A stretch of 64,000 nt of DNA from positions 13,206,001-13,270,000 of the forward strand of contig CM068752.1 in assembly GCA_035084275.1 (NCBI GenBank). The letters are read 5' to 3'. The notes under the pieces are model-generated. The model ran no database searches, was not told the origin of the DNA, and was given only the letters and a program-made list of their open reading frames with translations. Source of the stretch: Hydrolagus colliei (taxonomy: Eukaryota). Position numbers and translations under genes: made by a program. Shown in pieces: positions 25,001 to 37,500 of the stretch (the first letter of the stretch is position 1; each line of letters opens with the position of its first letter).

Positions 25001-27573
25001 AAATTGCACTCAGGATTTTTGCTGCAAGCAGTTCCCTAGCTACACAGATAATGGTAGCACTTGGGGAAAATTCAGATTAGCCTGACGTGGGCAAGATTAT
25101 TGCTATGACAGCAACACAATGTAAACAGGGAGTGATTTAACTGGTCCACATGCTACCCACACATATTTGTTATGGTTCACGTTAACAAGGTTTTTTTCAG
25201 CACAGAACCACTTGCATTTAAATAGTGTCTTTTACGTAGGATAACACCTGAAAGAATTTTACAAAGATGTGAATCACCAAGCTGAGCAGCAGCAACAGGA
25301 TTTTTTAGGATGTTGATCAAAATGTAGGCAGGTTTTCAAAAGAGTTTTCAGACTAGAAGAGAAGGATCAAGATGAAGGGATATTGTGCACGAGTCTCAGA
25401 AAGCAGGGGAATAAGGCTGTAAGCTTGATCATCAATGTTAGGACATAGTGGGGAGGGCAAGGAGCAGGAGGCCTGTGGCAACAACAACTTGTATTTGTAG
25501 AGCACTCCACACTCACGTAGTCGCTCAGAGCTTTGTAGTTGAACAAAGAGGATTGATGGGCTGGCGGAAGTTTGAGTTCAGCGAGGATGAAGTGTAATGG
25601 GTATGTAGAGCTTGGTGGGGGAGAGGATATAGGCAAGTGTTCAGTATGGGCTAGAATTTATAAAGAATTGTTTGAAGTATGTTTTGCATGAAATCTCATC
25701 TTGGGTTAACAAGTGCGATGCCAGCTACTCATAGTTACAACCCTGGGAGTTCTAATCCCGGGATCCTATATGATAATGATGCTTCCAAATTCCAGGATTT
25801 ATGGAAGAGCATTTTGTGAATCTATCAAAAAACTAGTTTTAAAAAAAGCAGCAAGGTTGCTTTCTGCTCATTGTTGTGTTGTTTTATGTTTATCTCTCTT
25901 TCTTTCTCTCTATTTTTTCTTAAGTAATTCCTGTAGAAAAGCAACAAAATCATTGACTACTTCCAACATTGGGACCCAACATCTTTTGGATGTGATGCTA
26001 AACATCATTCTTGTCTCTCTGTTCAGGTCGACGCTAAAGATCTGAGGCAATATTCAAAATGACAAGCGAGTTTTTTCCGCAGTGTCCTGGCCAACAACCT
26101 TCCAAATAAAATTGGTCACCAACTTCATGGCTTTGTGGAGAGGTCATTGTTGTTGTGGAGGTCATTGCTTTGTGGAGAATGGCTGCCACGTTCATCTACA
26201 CAATACACAGTCACTATCCCTAAAAAATTCTATGAAGTGCTTTGAGATGTTTAGACAATGTGATAAGATGCTGTATCATATGCTAGGATTTAAAAAAAAT
26301 AATAGTAATCCTTGCATTTGATATAGAGCCTTATTACAACTTTGAGATGCCTAAAAGCGCTTCACAGAATATGCTGTAAAGTGAAGTGAGGGTATATTTT
26401 GTGGATGAAACAGAGCAGCCAATTGTGCACAGCAGTGTCTCAGAAATAGTCATTTATCCTTTATAACTTCTCATTCTTTTCAGACACAGAAATTCCAGGG
26501 GGGTGGGGCTTAAACAGGACCAATTGAGGTTTCTGTGCATTTTGAAGCTGGACACCTGACATCAGACCAATTGTCAATGTGATTGAATAGATGGAATGTG
26601 ATAGGTTATGTCCTTGCACTATAAGTAAAGAGTTATACGGTTTTTGTGCCTTGTTGTGGAGAGCTTTGCCTGTTGCTTCCTGGTTTAAGAACAGCTGCAG
26701 AGCTCACGAACACTGCATGTTTTTGTCAGTTACGAAACAATAATCATCCCTGAGAGAGACGGTACGTCAGTGATCTGGGTCACAGTTCATTTATTTGTCT
26801 GTATGTAAGATAATCCTAGGGCGGAGTACAATGTGACACCTTCAAAAATGGTTGGTTGGTTAGTGCTGCCAAAAAAGTAGGTTAGAAGATCATAATTCAT
26901 TCTCTATTGAGTCAGCTGATCTCAACCCGGGTAGTACAGGGTAGTGCCACACTTGACTTCAACAACAACAACAATTGTATAATGTCTAGGTGGTTAGGAC
27001 CAAGAGGGCTGAAGAGTGGGGAGAGTAGGGATAGGAGGGTGACTGAAGCATGGTTGAACAGGAGGGTCGTGAGACAGGTCTTGAAAGAGGCAAGGGAAGG
27101 GATGAGGTAGAGGGACTGTGAAGTGGAGTTCTAGTGGGTGGGGACAGAGAGGCTGACTTAAGCCACTGTGGGTGGGCTAGACAGGAGTAAAATTATCCCG
27201 GGCTTTGGGTCCCTATCCCCCACTGGAAATTGTGGATGTCCACTAAACTCAGGATCAGCCTTAGCTTTGGAGATCATTTGTGGTCAAATACTTTGCAGAT
27301 ACTCACCATGGAAGTTTGAATAATGGGATTGTGGGTAAGGAATTTAACACCGTCAGAAGACATTTGGGGGCCAAAGAAAATGATAGGATAGATGCTATGG
27401 CACTAGAAAGAATAGAGACAATCTGAGAGAACTATCTGGTCTTGATAATCCATCCATAAATTACAATTTATCCCAAACTCCTCTGCACAGCCTCAGCCTT
27501 CACCAGGCTCCACTATCTCCCATCAGATCAATTATGGGGTCTTCATCACATAGATTCCCTCCATACTCTAGTA

Positions 27574-27604
<31 letters not shown>

Positions 27605-27969
27605 TAAATTAACCACCAGCAGGTCCTCACAACCCAAACTTTTTTTGCTGAGACCCAAATTAGCCTTCAATCGGTCCTCGCACCATTAGGGGGCGTTATC
27701 GCGAATGATGCTCAGCCAAATTGTTATCTCTGTATGTTTTGTGGACTCAGCGCAACTCGTAAGTACGCTCTTTATACAAATTGGTTGGCGGTGTCGCATT
27801 TTGTTTAGCGTTAAAAGCTTTTTTTAGTTGTTAAAAACTTTTTTCAGCATTAAAAAAGCATTTTCAACATTAAGTTTTTTTAAAAAAAATAATTCTGATG
27901 ACCCTTCGCGACCCTACTGAGGACCCCCGCAACCTTGATTTAGGTCGGGACCCGAGCTGGGAAGCACAG
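27574..27969. mobile_element. hAT (Charlie-like) MITE, about 400 bp, inserted in an L2 fragment
   Basis: Left end CAGTGGTTCCCAACC, right end GCTGGGAAGCACAG (degenerate TIR); flanks ctctagta / ctctatct resemble an 8-bp NTCTAGAN-type target duplication. Confidence 0.7.
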
Positions 27970-30584
27970 CTCTATCTCTCTGACCTTTTCCTACCACATG
28001 CTCTCTGCTCACCTTTCTCTGCCTGGCTAAGTCAGGCTTGCTGCACAACCCACCCTATCCAGGCAATCATCAGTGGCCAAGCTTTCAGTTTCTACTTCCC
28101 CAAACTTTGTAACTCCCCTATCTTCGTCCCTCTTTGCCCTCAAGTCTAATAATAATCCCTCAAAAAAAAGCAATAATAAATTGGTCATTTCAATCCACAA
28201 CTGTTTGTGGGTCACTGCTGTGCACAATTGGCTGCCGCGTTTCGCCCAAATATATATACAGTCAATTCACTTTACAGTATATTCTATGAAGCTCTTTGAG
28301 ATGTCTAGAAGACGTGAAAAGCGCTGTATCAAATGCAAGAATTATTATTATTAATATAAGTCTCATCTAAAAACTACCTTTTCTAACATGGCTACAACAA
28401 CAACAACTTGCATTTACATAACATCCTTCACGCGGGGCTTCAGGATGGCCATCTGCCCCTTCACCTCTCCTCTCTCCTATTGTGAAGCATTGGACATGTT
28501 ATGCAAAGTGAAGGATGCTCTAAAAATGTAAGTTGTTGTTGTATTACAAAGTGAGTGAGTGGCCTGTTGGTGGGAGTTCCTTCCTAATCGTGTCTGCACC
28601 TGCCAGCAGGCAGGACCACACAGGGTAGTGAGGCAGGGATGGAGAAGGAGGCTACTGACCTGTAACCTCCTGCATTTCATCCTAGTATAAAGGAACAAGC
28701 CACAACATTCAATTACATATATTTATGAGTCAGTCAGACAACAAAAATTAAAGGTTAGACAAATTATTTTGGGTAATTTGGTGTGTTCTGGGTTGTTTTG
28801 CACATTAGATCTAAAACTCTCGTATTCACTTAGAGTGGAAATGAGAAGTTTCCTGTGCTATGAATCTGCAGGGAGCTGGTTTCTGCTGTTCTGTGGTGCC
28901 TGCACAGCTGGGCGGGTCTGTCTGTCACTACTGTTTCTCCTTTAATGTTGTGTCTGACTTTTGTGTAACGTGTTGAATGTTCCTGTTGTACCTCTTTGGT
29001 CTTAGTTCCTGTAACAACAGAAGACCTTTTGTGTGTACAGGTTTTTATAACAAGTATTTCCTCTCCAACAGAAGACTGGGCAATTTAAGGAACTACCAAA
29101 GCGGTTTGGGCAGGAATACCAGCGCTCCCCCTGCCACAGGAGGCTGGGCAGAGCAAAGGCGTTTGGTGGCAATCCACTGGAGAAGCTGGAGGTGAGCAAA
29201 ATCATGGAAATTACGTCTCAGTAGCCGGCCATTCGGCCCAATGAGTTCTTATCTGGTGCTAGATCAAACATTGGAGCTAACTGCTTTAAACCACATGTCC
29301 TATTCATTTGATGTAGCTTTTACTTCTATTCGAATGTTTATCCAATTTCCTTTTAAATGTTGTTGTAGATTCAGTTTTAATCTTCACCAGCTGTAAGGTA
29401 TTGTTTCCTGTTTTGTTTATATTCAAGTGCTCAAGCATTGCCGTACTCTTGTTAGACAGGAAAAATAACAATGTTTGGCTGCTATAGGATAGAAAGGACT
29501 GGAGAGGACACAATTTTTAAAAACTGATCATTACCTCAGAAATTGATCCGTCAATTGACTAACAACACAGTTTAGACTTACTGCTAGGTAAACAGAAGAG
29601 TGTGGCGTAGAGAAAGCTGCCTAAGGTTTTTCCCTGCCTGGGAATCGAACCCGGATCCTCTTGCTTGTGAGGCGAGTGGTCTAACCAATAAGCTACATGA
29701 TACCACTGGAGTACAGTTGTGGTTAAGCCACAGTGGGAGTCACTTTGACTGAACCGTACACAAAGTGCAGTTTTGACAGCTGGGGGTGGAGTGTTGGGGG
29801 AGGGGTAGCGCAGTTCTGTTCAAAGTAACGTGTAAATTCTAGGCCCAGGATCTAGAGCCAGTGAATACCAGAGCCCTAGTCACAAGTGTTAGAGGGATGA
29901 GCCATGAGGAATGAGTTTAATCTAAGGTTCTTCAACTGAAAGAAACATCCCAAAGATATTCCAGAGGCTGACTTTCTTGAAGTGCATACAAGACGTTAAA
30001 TGCGATCAGCAAATAATAATAACAATGACAATCCTAGCATTTGACATAATAATCGTTGGATTTTACCGCCTTGTCACTTCTTTGAGATAAAAATATTAAT
30101 AATAATAATCCTTGAATTTGATATAGCGCTTTTCAAGTCTTCTATATGACTCAAAGCGCTTCACAGAATACAATGTAAAGTTAATTGATTTTAAAGAGAT
30201 GTCACAAATTGCACATAGCAGTGTCCCACAAACATTTGTGGATTGAGTAACTATTTTTTTGGAAGAAATTATTGCCCCTGGGAATAACGATCCACTAATC
30301 GACTATCAACTGGGTTCCTACTTATTGCTAGATAAGCAGAGTTGTGTGGAATGCGGAAACTTACCCAGGGAATCGAACCCATGTCCTCGAGCTTGCGATG
30401 CAGAAGAATACTTCCAGGCGCATCAAGGCAACAGGAAAAGAGGACAATTTTAGTACAGACACCCGGAAGTGTTTCTTTATGTTAGTGTTCATGGTTGGAA
30501 TGGGTTAGCAGGAAGGGTTGGGCCAGGATACAAGAATTGACTATAAAGCAACCTAATGCTGAAAATGGGAAGGCAGTAAGTGTG

Positions 30585-30930
30585 TAATAATAATAATAAT
30601 AATCCTTGCATTTGATATAGCGCTTTTCACATCTTATCGACGCCCCAAAGCGCTTCACAGAATATACTGTAAAGTGAATTAACTGTATATTTGTGGGCGA
30701 ATTGCGGCAGCCAATTGCGCAAAGCAGCGTCCCCACAAACAGTCGTGGATTGAAATGACCAATTTTATTATTTTGGTTTTTTTTCGACGGATTATTATTA
30801 GGCGTGTGGAGTAAGGAAATTTGCCCAAGGTTTCGCTCTGACCTGCCTAGATTCGAACACAGGTCTCCCCAGCTTGGCTTCCCCAGCTTGCAAGACAAGT
30901 GCTCTAACCACTAAGCCACAGGAGCTCCAC
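30585..30930 (-). mobile_element. Full-length SINE, subfamily with duplicated head segment
   Basis: CpG-rich, little decayed; shares the gctgggga-- duplication with the 50189 copy. Confidence 0.88.
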
Positions 30931-31954
30931 ATTACAACACAGTAGTTGGGGTCCATAAAATCCCAAACAACGTTATAATGGGAAGTGATCAGCCGGCAAT
31001 ACTTTTCCATCCACTTGTGAATACAAGCAGAAAGTCAGCTTGCTTACAAACACCAGTCAATTTTTGTGACATGGCTGGCTGACTTTACGGTCATCAGATT
31101 GTTGTTCATGTCACTTCCTGTGCTTGGGCATGGAAGTGAACTTCCATGAAGCGATGCTCTATTGAGGCAAGGTGACCAGCTTTGTGTTTGCATTTTAAGA
31201 ATTTTGTTAATAAGTAAATATCAGCATTTTACACCCAAATGCGTTATAAGCAATCGTCCATTGCAACAAAGTATGTTTTATTGGCATTCTATTGGATTCT
31301 GGAAAGATGAGATCAAATGGGTCAAAATGCCTTTTTTATCCATAACATTTATGTGATCTTCAGATCCCCATTTGTGTTCTGATGGTTGAACATAGATCTG
31401 GATAGGCTGTTGGATCCATTTCCTCCTCCACCACCCGGTCAAACAGTCTACCAACACTCGCTGTCTAGACTTGCTGATAGGTATTAACCCTTGAGAAAGG
31501 AAACAGCTTTATTAATGGAACAAGGAAGCTATGGAGCAAGGCAGAACAAGAGAGCAAGAGAGGAGGAAATGGAACACAAATAGGATTATATTTAAACTCA
31601 ATAGCTCAGAAAATACTTGGATATCCTGGGATTGTCCCAGACAAGGTTCGATATTCTGACAGCAATAAGGGAACAGGAGACTATGAAAGGAATTCAGCTT
31701 GTTTGCTTTCCTATTGTGTCACACCTGGTCACTGTTCCCCCTCTCATCGCCATCAGAAAGTGACCTTCACTTTCAATTAGTCATAAGTAAATTGGGTTAA
31801 CCCAATAAGAGTGAATTAGGTAGAGAAATAAATAGTGTGAAATAGTATGTGGGGTATATTAAGGTGTGAGATTGTGCATTTGTTCCTCTATTTCCTGCCA
31901 CTGTCAAGAACATGTCAAGTCTAAGACGAGTGCTCTAATCACTGAGCTACAGGA

Positions 31955-32430
31955 CTTGTATCTATGTTATTTCTTCCCACATGAACAACTGCAATTGTTT
32001 CCTCACCTGCTCCCTGTGGCATTTGGTCAATTCTTGCCCGAGGTATTAGATTCTTGACCCGGATACCCAGTAGGCAAGTTACCTTTCTGTTTTCTGGGTC
32101 TGATTTGCACAAAACGTGATCTGTGAACTGAATAGTCAAATCCCTTAATATCCCAACTTGTCTGCTACTCTTTCTCTTCTTCCCGGGAAGACTGTTGGAT
32201 TGCCTCGGTGTACAGCACTCCCTTGCCTATCTCAGACATCACTTGGGTTTCCATATCATCTCTCTCCAAAGGAGAGAAACTGTTGGAGAGGACCAGAGAT
32301 GTCTGCTCCTGCTTCATTAGCCAACCACAATTTCTGGCCCCTTTCCTAACAGAGACTAATCTTCTCCCAGGCCTAGCCATTCGCTGACCACTTCAGCCTT
32401 GAGAAACTCTACCAGCTTGAAGTTATTGAA
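31955..32430 (-). mobile_element. Decayed CR1 ORF1 fragment (SGNH/GDSL esterase-like)
   Basis: Remnants LSNSFSPL, RKVTCLLGIRVKNL and IAVVHVGRNNI resemble the CR1 ORF1 esterase blocks (CCLPGARV; VVVHVGTNDI). Confidence 0.7.
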
Positions 32431-34349
32431 GAAGACATTAAATGCATGGATTATTATTAACTCTTTCAGCACTTTTAAGTCTTACAATGAAATATATATA
32501 AATGTAAATTATTTTCAAGCGTCTGTTTGAAAAAAACAAGTTAACACATTATTATTTTTTCCATTTTGGTTAAAGAATGATCACTAAATACTTAACTTGG
32601 GAATTAGTAGAGCTGGAAACATCTATTAGAAAATTGTCACACACTCCATGACTGTTTGTGGGATATTGCTGTGCAGAATTAGTTGCTGTGTTCAGCCACA
32701 AAATATACATTCTGTTACACTACTTTACAACATAGCCTGTGAAGAGCTTTGAGACATTTCAGTGACGTTATAAGGCACTATATCAAGTGCAAGGAATATT
32801 ATTATTATTATTATCTTCTCAAAGGAGAAGTTAATATTTACACAGGGTAATTAACAACAAGAACAGGTTACCAGGAAGGGTGGTTCATGCTAGGACACTT
32901 GACTCATTGGAAAAACAGACCGATGATCTCATGGAAGTGGGGTGAGTGTTCTGGAAGGATGAGATCAAATGGGTTGAAGCGTCTTTTTCATCCAAGCCTC
33001 TGTTGTGATTTTGTTATATTGACAGTGCCATTAACCCAAGAGTACTTTGAGTCATTGCAACTGTGTATATTACAGTAGCTCATTTCCTTCACATAGTCAG
33101 GCTCAATGACTCGCTCACAGCCAAAAATTTCCCCTGATGTCAGCATTCATTGTTTAAACACAATCTGTTTTCACATTTGCAAGTGTGTGCGTAGAGAGGG
33201 GGAAGGAAGGTGTTAAATTCAAGTTGCGGATGTGCTAACCTCCTAAATAAGTTAAATGATCTCTTTCATTTGTATGGTCATTATTCGTGTAGGTATCAGA
33301 TAGGTTTTGCCTTTTGCCTCTGCTTTAGAAGGTTGTGTGTTTAACCATTATGGCTCATTCTCTATGCTGGGGGAGTGCTGCTTAGGGAGTTTCTCCCAAT
33401 GTCCAGAATCACTGGCCAGTCACCTCATGAAACTCTTACATGAAAATCCTTGCGGTCTTGTCAACTTGCTTTCAAACCCATTTTAAAACATTCCCCTTTG
33501 ACCTTTACTGTGATCAACACCTTTCATCTTTTCCTCTTCATTTCTCTGCTTGGTGATCCCCTCCCACAACGTTCATCATATGAGAAAATGTGTATGTGTG
33601 AAATGTTGGATGAAATGTGGGTGAAAAAGGTGAAATTTTGGGCACGTTTCCTTACCGAATGCCTCTGTTAAGAAACATAGGATATAGCAGCCGGAGCAAG
33701 CCTGCCCCGCATGTAGGAATCTGGTTGTTAGTCGATTGACGGATCGCTTTACCAGGGATAATAGTTTAAAAAATTATAAATGAGTCATGCAATCCATGAC
33801 TATTTGTGGGACACTGCTGTGCACAATTGGCTGCCGGGTTTCACCCACAAAATATAAGACTTTACAATATTCTGTGAAGTGTTTTGAGACATCTTCAAGA
33901 TGTGATACAGCACTATATCAAATGCGAGGATTATTATCATGATTAATATATGAGCAGATTACAGTTTGCATATAAATAGGAGGCAGATTGCAGTACAGAA
34001 ACACTCATGCTGCTTGCACAGGATGTCAAATGTTGATCCATGTGAAACACATTGCTGGATCTTTCCCTTCCCTTTCAAACGCATGGATCTAACAACTTGA
34101 GTTCAGTTGCAATCCAAGCTGATTGAGCCACATTAAAAGGAAACATAAGACTACATGGGGTGTATTGCTTTCCAATTGGCAGCTTCATATTCTTCAAACA
34201 CATTTTGTGTCAATGGTTCCTTTATTACACAGGGGAATCAGCTGCCGAGGCTGTTCAGACTATCACTCCCTTTACAACCAAATACCTCATAATAATAGTT
34301 CTAAAAAAGCAGACGAGATCAGTGAAATTAAAGGGTGGCTTACAAAACT

Positions 34350-34430
34350 TAAGTCATCACTTCCTTCTGTGGTTTGTTACCATGGCAGTCCTTCCTGAGA
34401 GTGACAGGAAGAGTGACAGCTGTACCGGAG
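34350..34430 (+). promoter_or_regulatory. Putative RGS14 proximal promoter motif cluster
   Basis: ETS (cacttcc, acaggaag), RUNX (tgtggttt) and X-box-like (gttaccatggcag) motifs 100-180 bp upstream of the ATG, in repeat-free DNA. Confidence 0.45.
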
Positions 34431-34531
34431 GTAGGACACATTTGCGAGCGGATTCCATCAATGTATAGCCGATCACCTCTTCTCAGCCAGCCACCTTCAG
34501 TTGAAATTATCAGATGTTCTAGATAAAAGAC

Positions 34532-34570
34532 ATGGCAGGAAAAACAAAATGCATGGTGAATGGGCGTCTG
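34532..34570 (+). CDS. RGS14: RGS14 first coding exon ([13 protein letters not shown])
   Basis: gacATGg Kozak context, CTG|gtgagt donor, similar to MPGKPK..NGRM. Confidence 0.8.
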
Positions 34571-37500
34571 GTGAGTGCATAAGCTTTGAACCATGCAGTT
34601 AGTTACTAGCTGTTTTCTGTTACGCTAACAGGAAGGGAACAGTTTTCAGTAACCTGTACTAATCTTAATCTGTCTTCAGGTTAGATGTACATTGCGGGAT
34701 GTTTTTTTATCGATGTGTTTGTTTGAATTTCGGAGGCTCCATAGCCTTTAATTCTTTTTCATCCATTCTTGAAAATTGGAGAGGTGATGACTTTCCCTTC
34801 CGCTAGTGGGATCTATACCAAGGAGACTTAAAATTAGTGCTAGGATAGTTGGAGATGAAAACAAGTCTTAACTTAGGGTTGTGAGAATATGGAATGTATT
34901 GGAATGCTCCCGAAGGCATAGAGGCAGAATTAGTTTGGATACTTCAACTGAAAGATGCTTGGGAAGTAAAAGTATGCCTGATAATAATCCCTCAGAAAAA
35001 AAGTTAAATTGCTAATTTCAATACATGACTGTTTGTGGGAACCTGCTGTGTTTCACAATTAGCTGCTGTATTTCGCCCACAAATATACAGTCAATTCACT
35101 TTACAGCATATTTTGTGAAGTGCTTTGAGACGTGAAGATGTGAAAAGCACCATATCAAATGCAAGGATTGTTATTATTATGGAGTAGCTTGGGCAAAGGG
35201 TGAGGTGAAGGGATTGAAAGATCTGCCCATGGTTTAATATTTTGATAAAACAGATTGGATAGCTGAATGGTTATCTTGTTTTTAAGTTCTATTATTGTGC
35301 TGTGGCAATATGAATGAGTTAATACTGCTCAAATGTGGACTATAAATGTTACATGTGGCCATTTATCTATTAGATTTCTGTTTCCTATCATTTGCTGGGG
35401 TGTACATGTGCTGATAGTACATTACTAGTTTCTCGTTATTCATGTGTGAATCTTGAGAATGAATGTCGTTAAAGTACTCAACCACAGGGTGTGGAGTATC
35501 ACTAACCGAGCCTCATCCTGTTCTCACCCCACATCCGTGCACATCGATTCTCCAGCACCAGGGTGTGTGTGTTTGGGGGGGAAGGGGGTTGGAGTTGAGA
35601 ATGTTCTTGGGTCAGCAATCAGGAGTAGAAATTTGTCTCAATTTCGTCTTCCTAATCCACGCACACCAATCAGAATCTCAGCAAGACTACTTACAGATTT
35701 GCAATTCATAGCGTTGTCCACCAGTTCATTTTCTATTCCGATGTTTTCAACTTTACCTTTTTTTTAATCATTCTATGACTCATGGGGTATTTCATTCCTT
35801 GTGATTTCACTCTCAGTTCATGACTGGTTAACAAGATAGGAAAATACAAATAGGAAGAAGGCATTCAGCCCTTGAGCCTATTCCATCAATTTCTTAAATC
35901 CTGGAAAATCATTCAATCCAATGATTCAACCAATTTATGAGGAGACACTCTTCCCTCTTCCAACCCACCTGATACATTGTTTAAATTGTTTTATCCCAAA
36001 CCATTCACTGCCATTGAGCATGATTGCCGGTAGTGCCTTCAATCTGCCACTGCCGACACAGATGACCCCAATACCTCTGAGCCAATTTAGAGAATTTTGT
36101 ATCCAATTTATGCAAATAATTTAATTCAAGTTTTGAACCTTACATTTGAACCCAATGGTCAGAAAAAAATAATTTCCCTCAATGGGAAGTCTAGCTTCTA
36201 CCTCTTATCATTGAATGGGACTTTTTTTTGGTCAACTGGGTGCTTGACACATGCAGCAACCATGATTCAGAGTATCTAAACCTGACTGAGAGTTTCACAT
36301 ATGCATGCTATCTATTATACCTAGAATATTGTATGTGGTTTTGATCTCCTTATCTAAGAAACGATATACTCGCCTTAGAAGGCGTGCAATATAGATTTAC
36401 TAAATTGGGATGAGGGGGTTGACCAACGAGGAGAGGTTGAGTAAACTAGGCCTGATGATGATAATAATAATAATCCTTGCATTTGATATAGCGCTTTTCT
36501 CGTCTTCTAGACATCTATACTGTAAAGTGAATTGACTATATATTTATGGACAAAGCATAGCAGCCAATTGCACAAAGCAGTGTCCCACAAACAATCGTGG
36601 ATCGAAATGATCAATTTATTGCAGTTTTTTTTGACGGATTATTATTAGGCGAGTGGAGTAAAGAAATTTCCCTAAATGGCGGGGCAGGCTCAAGGGGTTG
36701 AATCGCCTTCTCTTGCTCCTGCTTCTTATGTTCTTATGTTCATGAAAATCTCACTGTCTAGAAGGATATGTATACTCTCTCCCTGGAAGGCAGTACTCAC
36801 ATGCTAATTCTAGAATGTATTAGGCACAGCTTGTGAAGAGTTAAGAATTGGGGATCCTAGATTGTGAGTTACGGCACTGTTGGAGTTTAGCCAACTAAAA
36901 CAGCATAGCTTGCCTTGCCATTGTGAACAAATGCTGTATGGCAATCTTCCTCTGTTCGTCAAGCTGGGACTATTTTATCTATCCTACCTTTAGCTTGCAG
37001 GGTTAACAAGAGCTGAGTGAGAATGAACCCTGCCCCCAGTGACTGGGCTTTCACCTTTATGTTCTGTCAATGAGTCAGACTGGCTGGTTTGTCAATAGCA
37101 GACCACCCTCACTCAGAAATCAGACTATCAAAACTGCCATAGAGGATTGATCTGATTGATTCCTTTCAATGGTGAGGTGCCACTTGCAATAATGAACTCC
37201 TGTGTTGCATTGCCAGTGATGTATCCTTTAGATAGGATTCTAAACTAAAGATTTGTGCTCTCTGTTCATGTGGATGTTAAGATCCTATGAATATTCAAAA
37301 AGAAAAGGTAGTTTCTCCTTATGCCCTGTTCAGAAAAATCTCCACCTGTACCCGGCCTAAATCTACTGATCTGAAATAGTACTAAACTGTGAGTTACTCA
37401 GGCATTGGCTTACAAATTGTCTTGTAATCACAATAGATTGCATTTATTTAGCATCTGACGTAAAACAAACGTGCAAATTAAGAAGCACTTTACAAAGTAA

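Noticed and set aside
29130-29197. Alternative RGS14 first exon ending GAG|gtgagc
   Set aside because: Only a good donor in modestly GC-rich DNA; no other support from sequence alone.
30482-30898. Recurrent ORFs ending in KCKDYYYY (also near 3307, 16605, 28073, 43256, 53221, 54459, 61514)
   Set aside because: Translations of the SINE tail; not a protein family.
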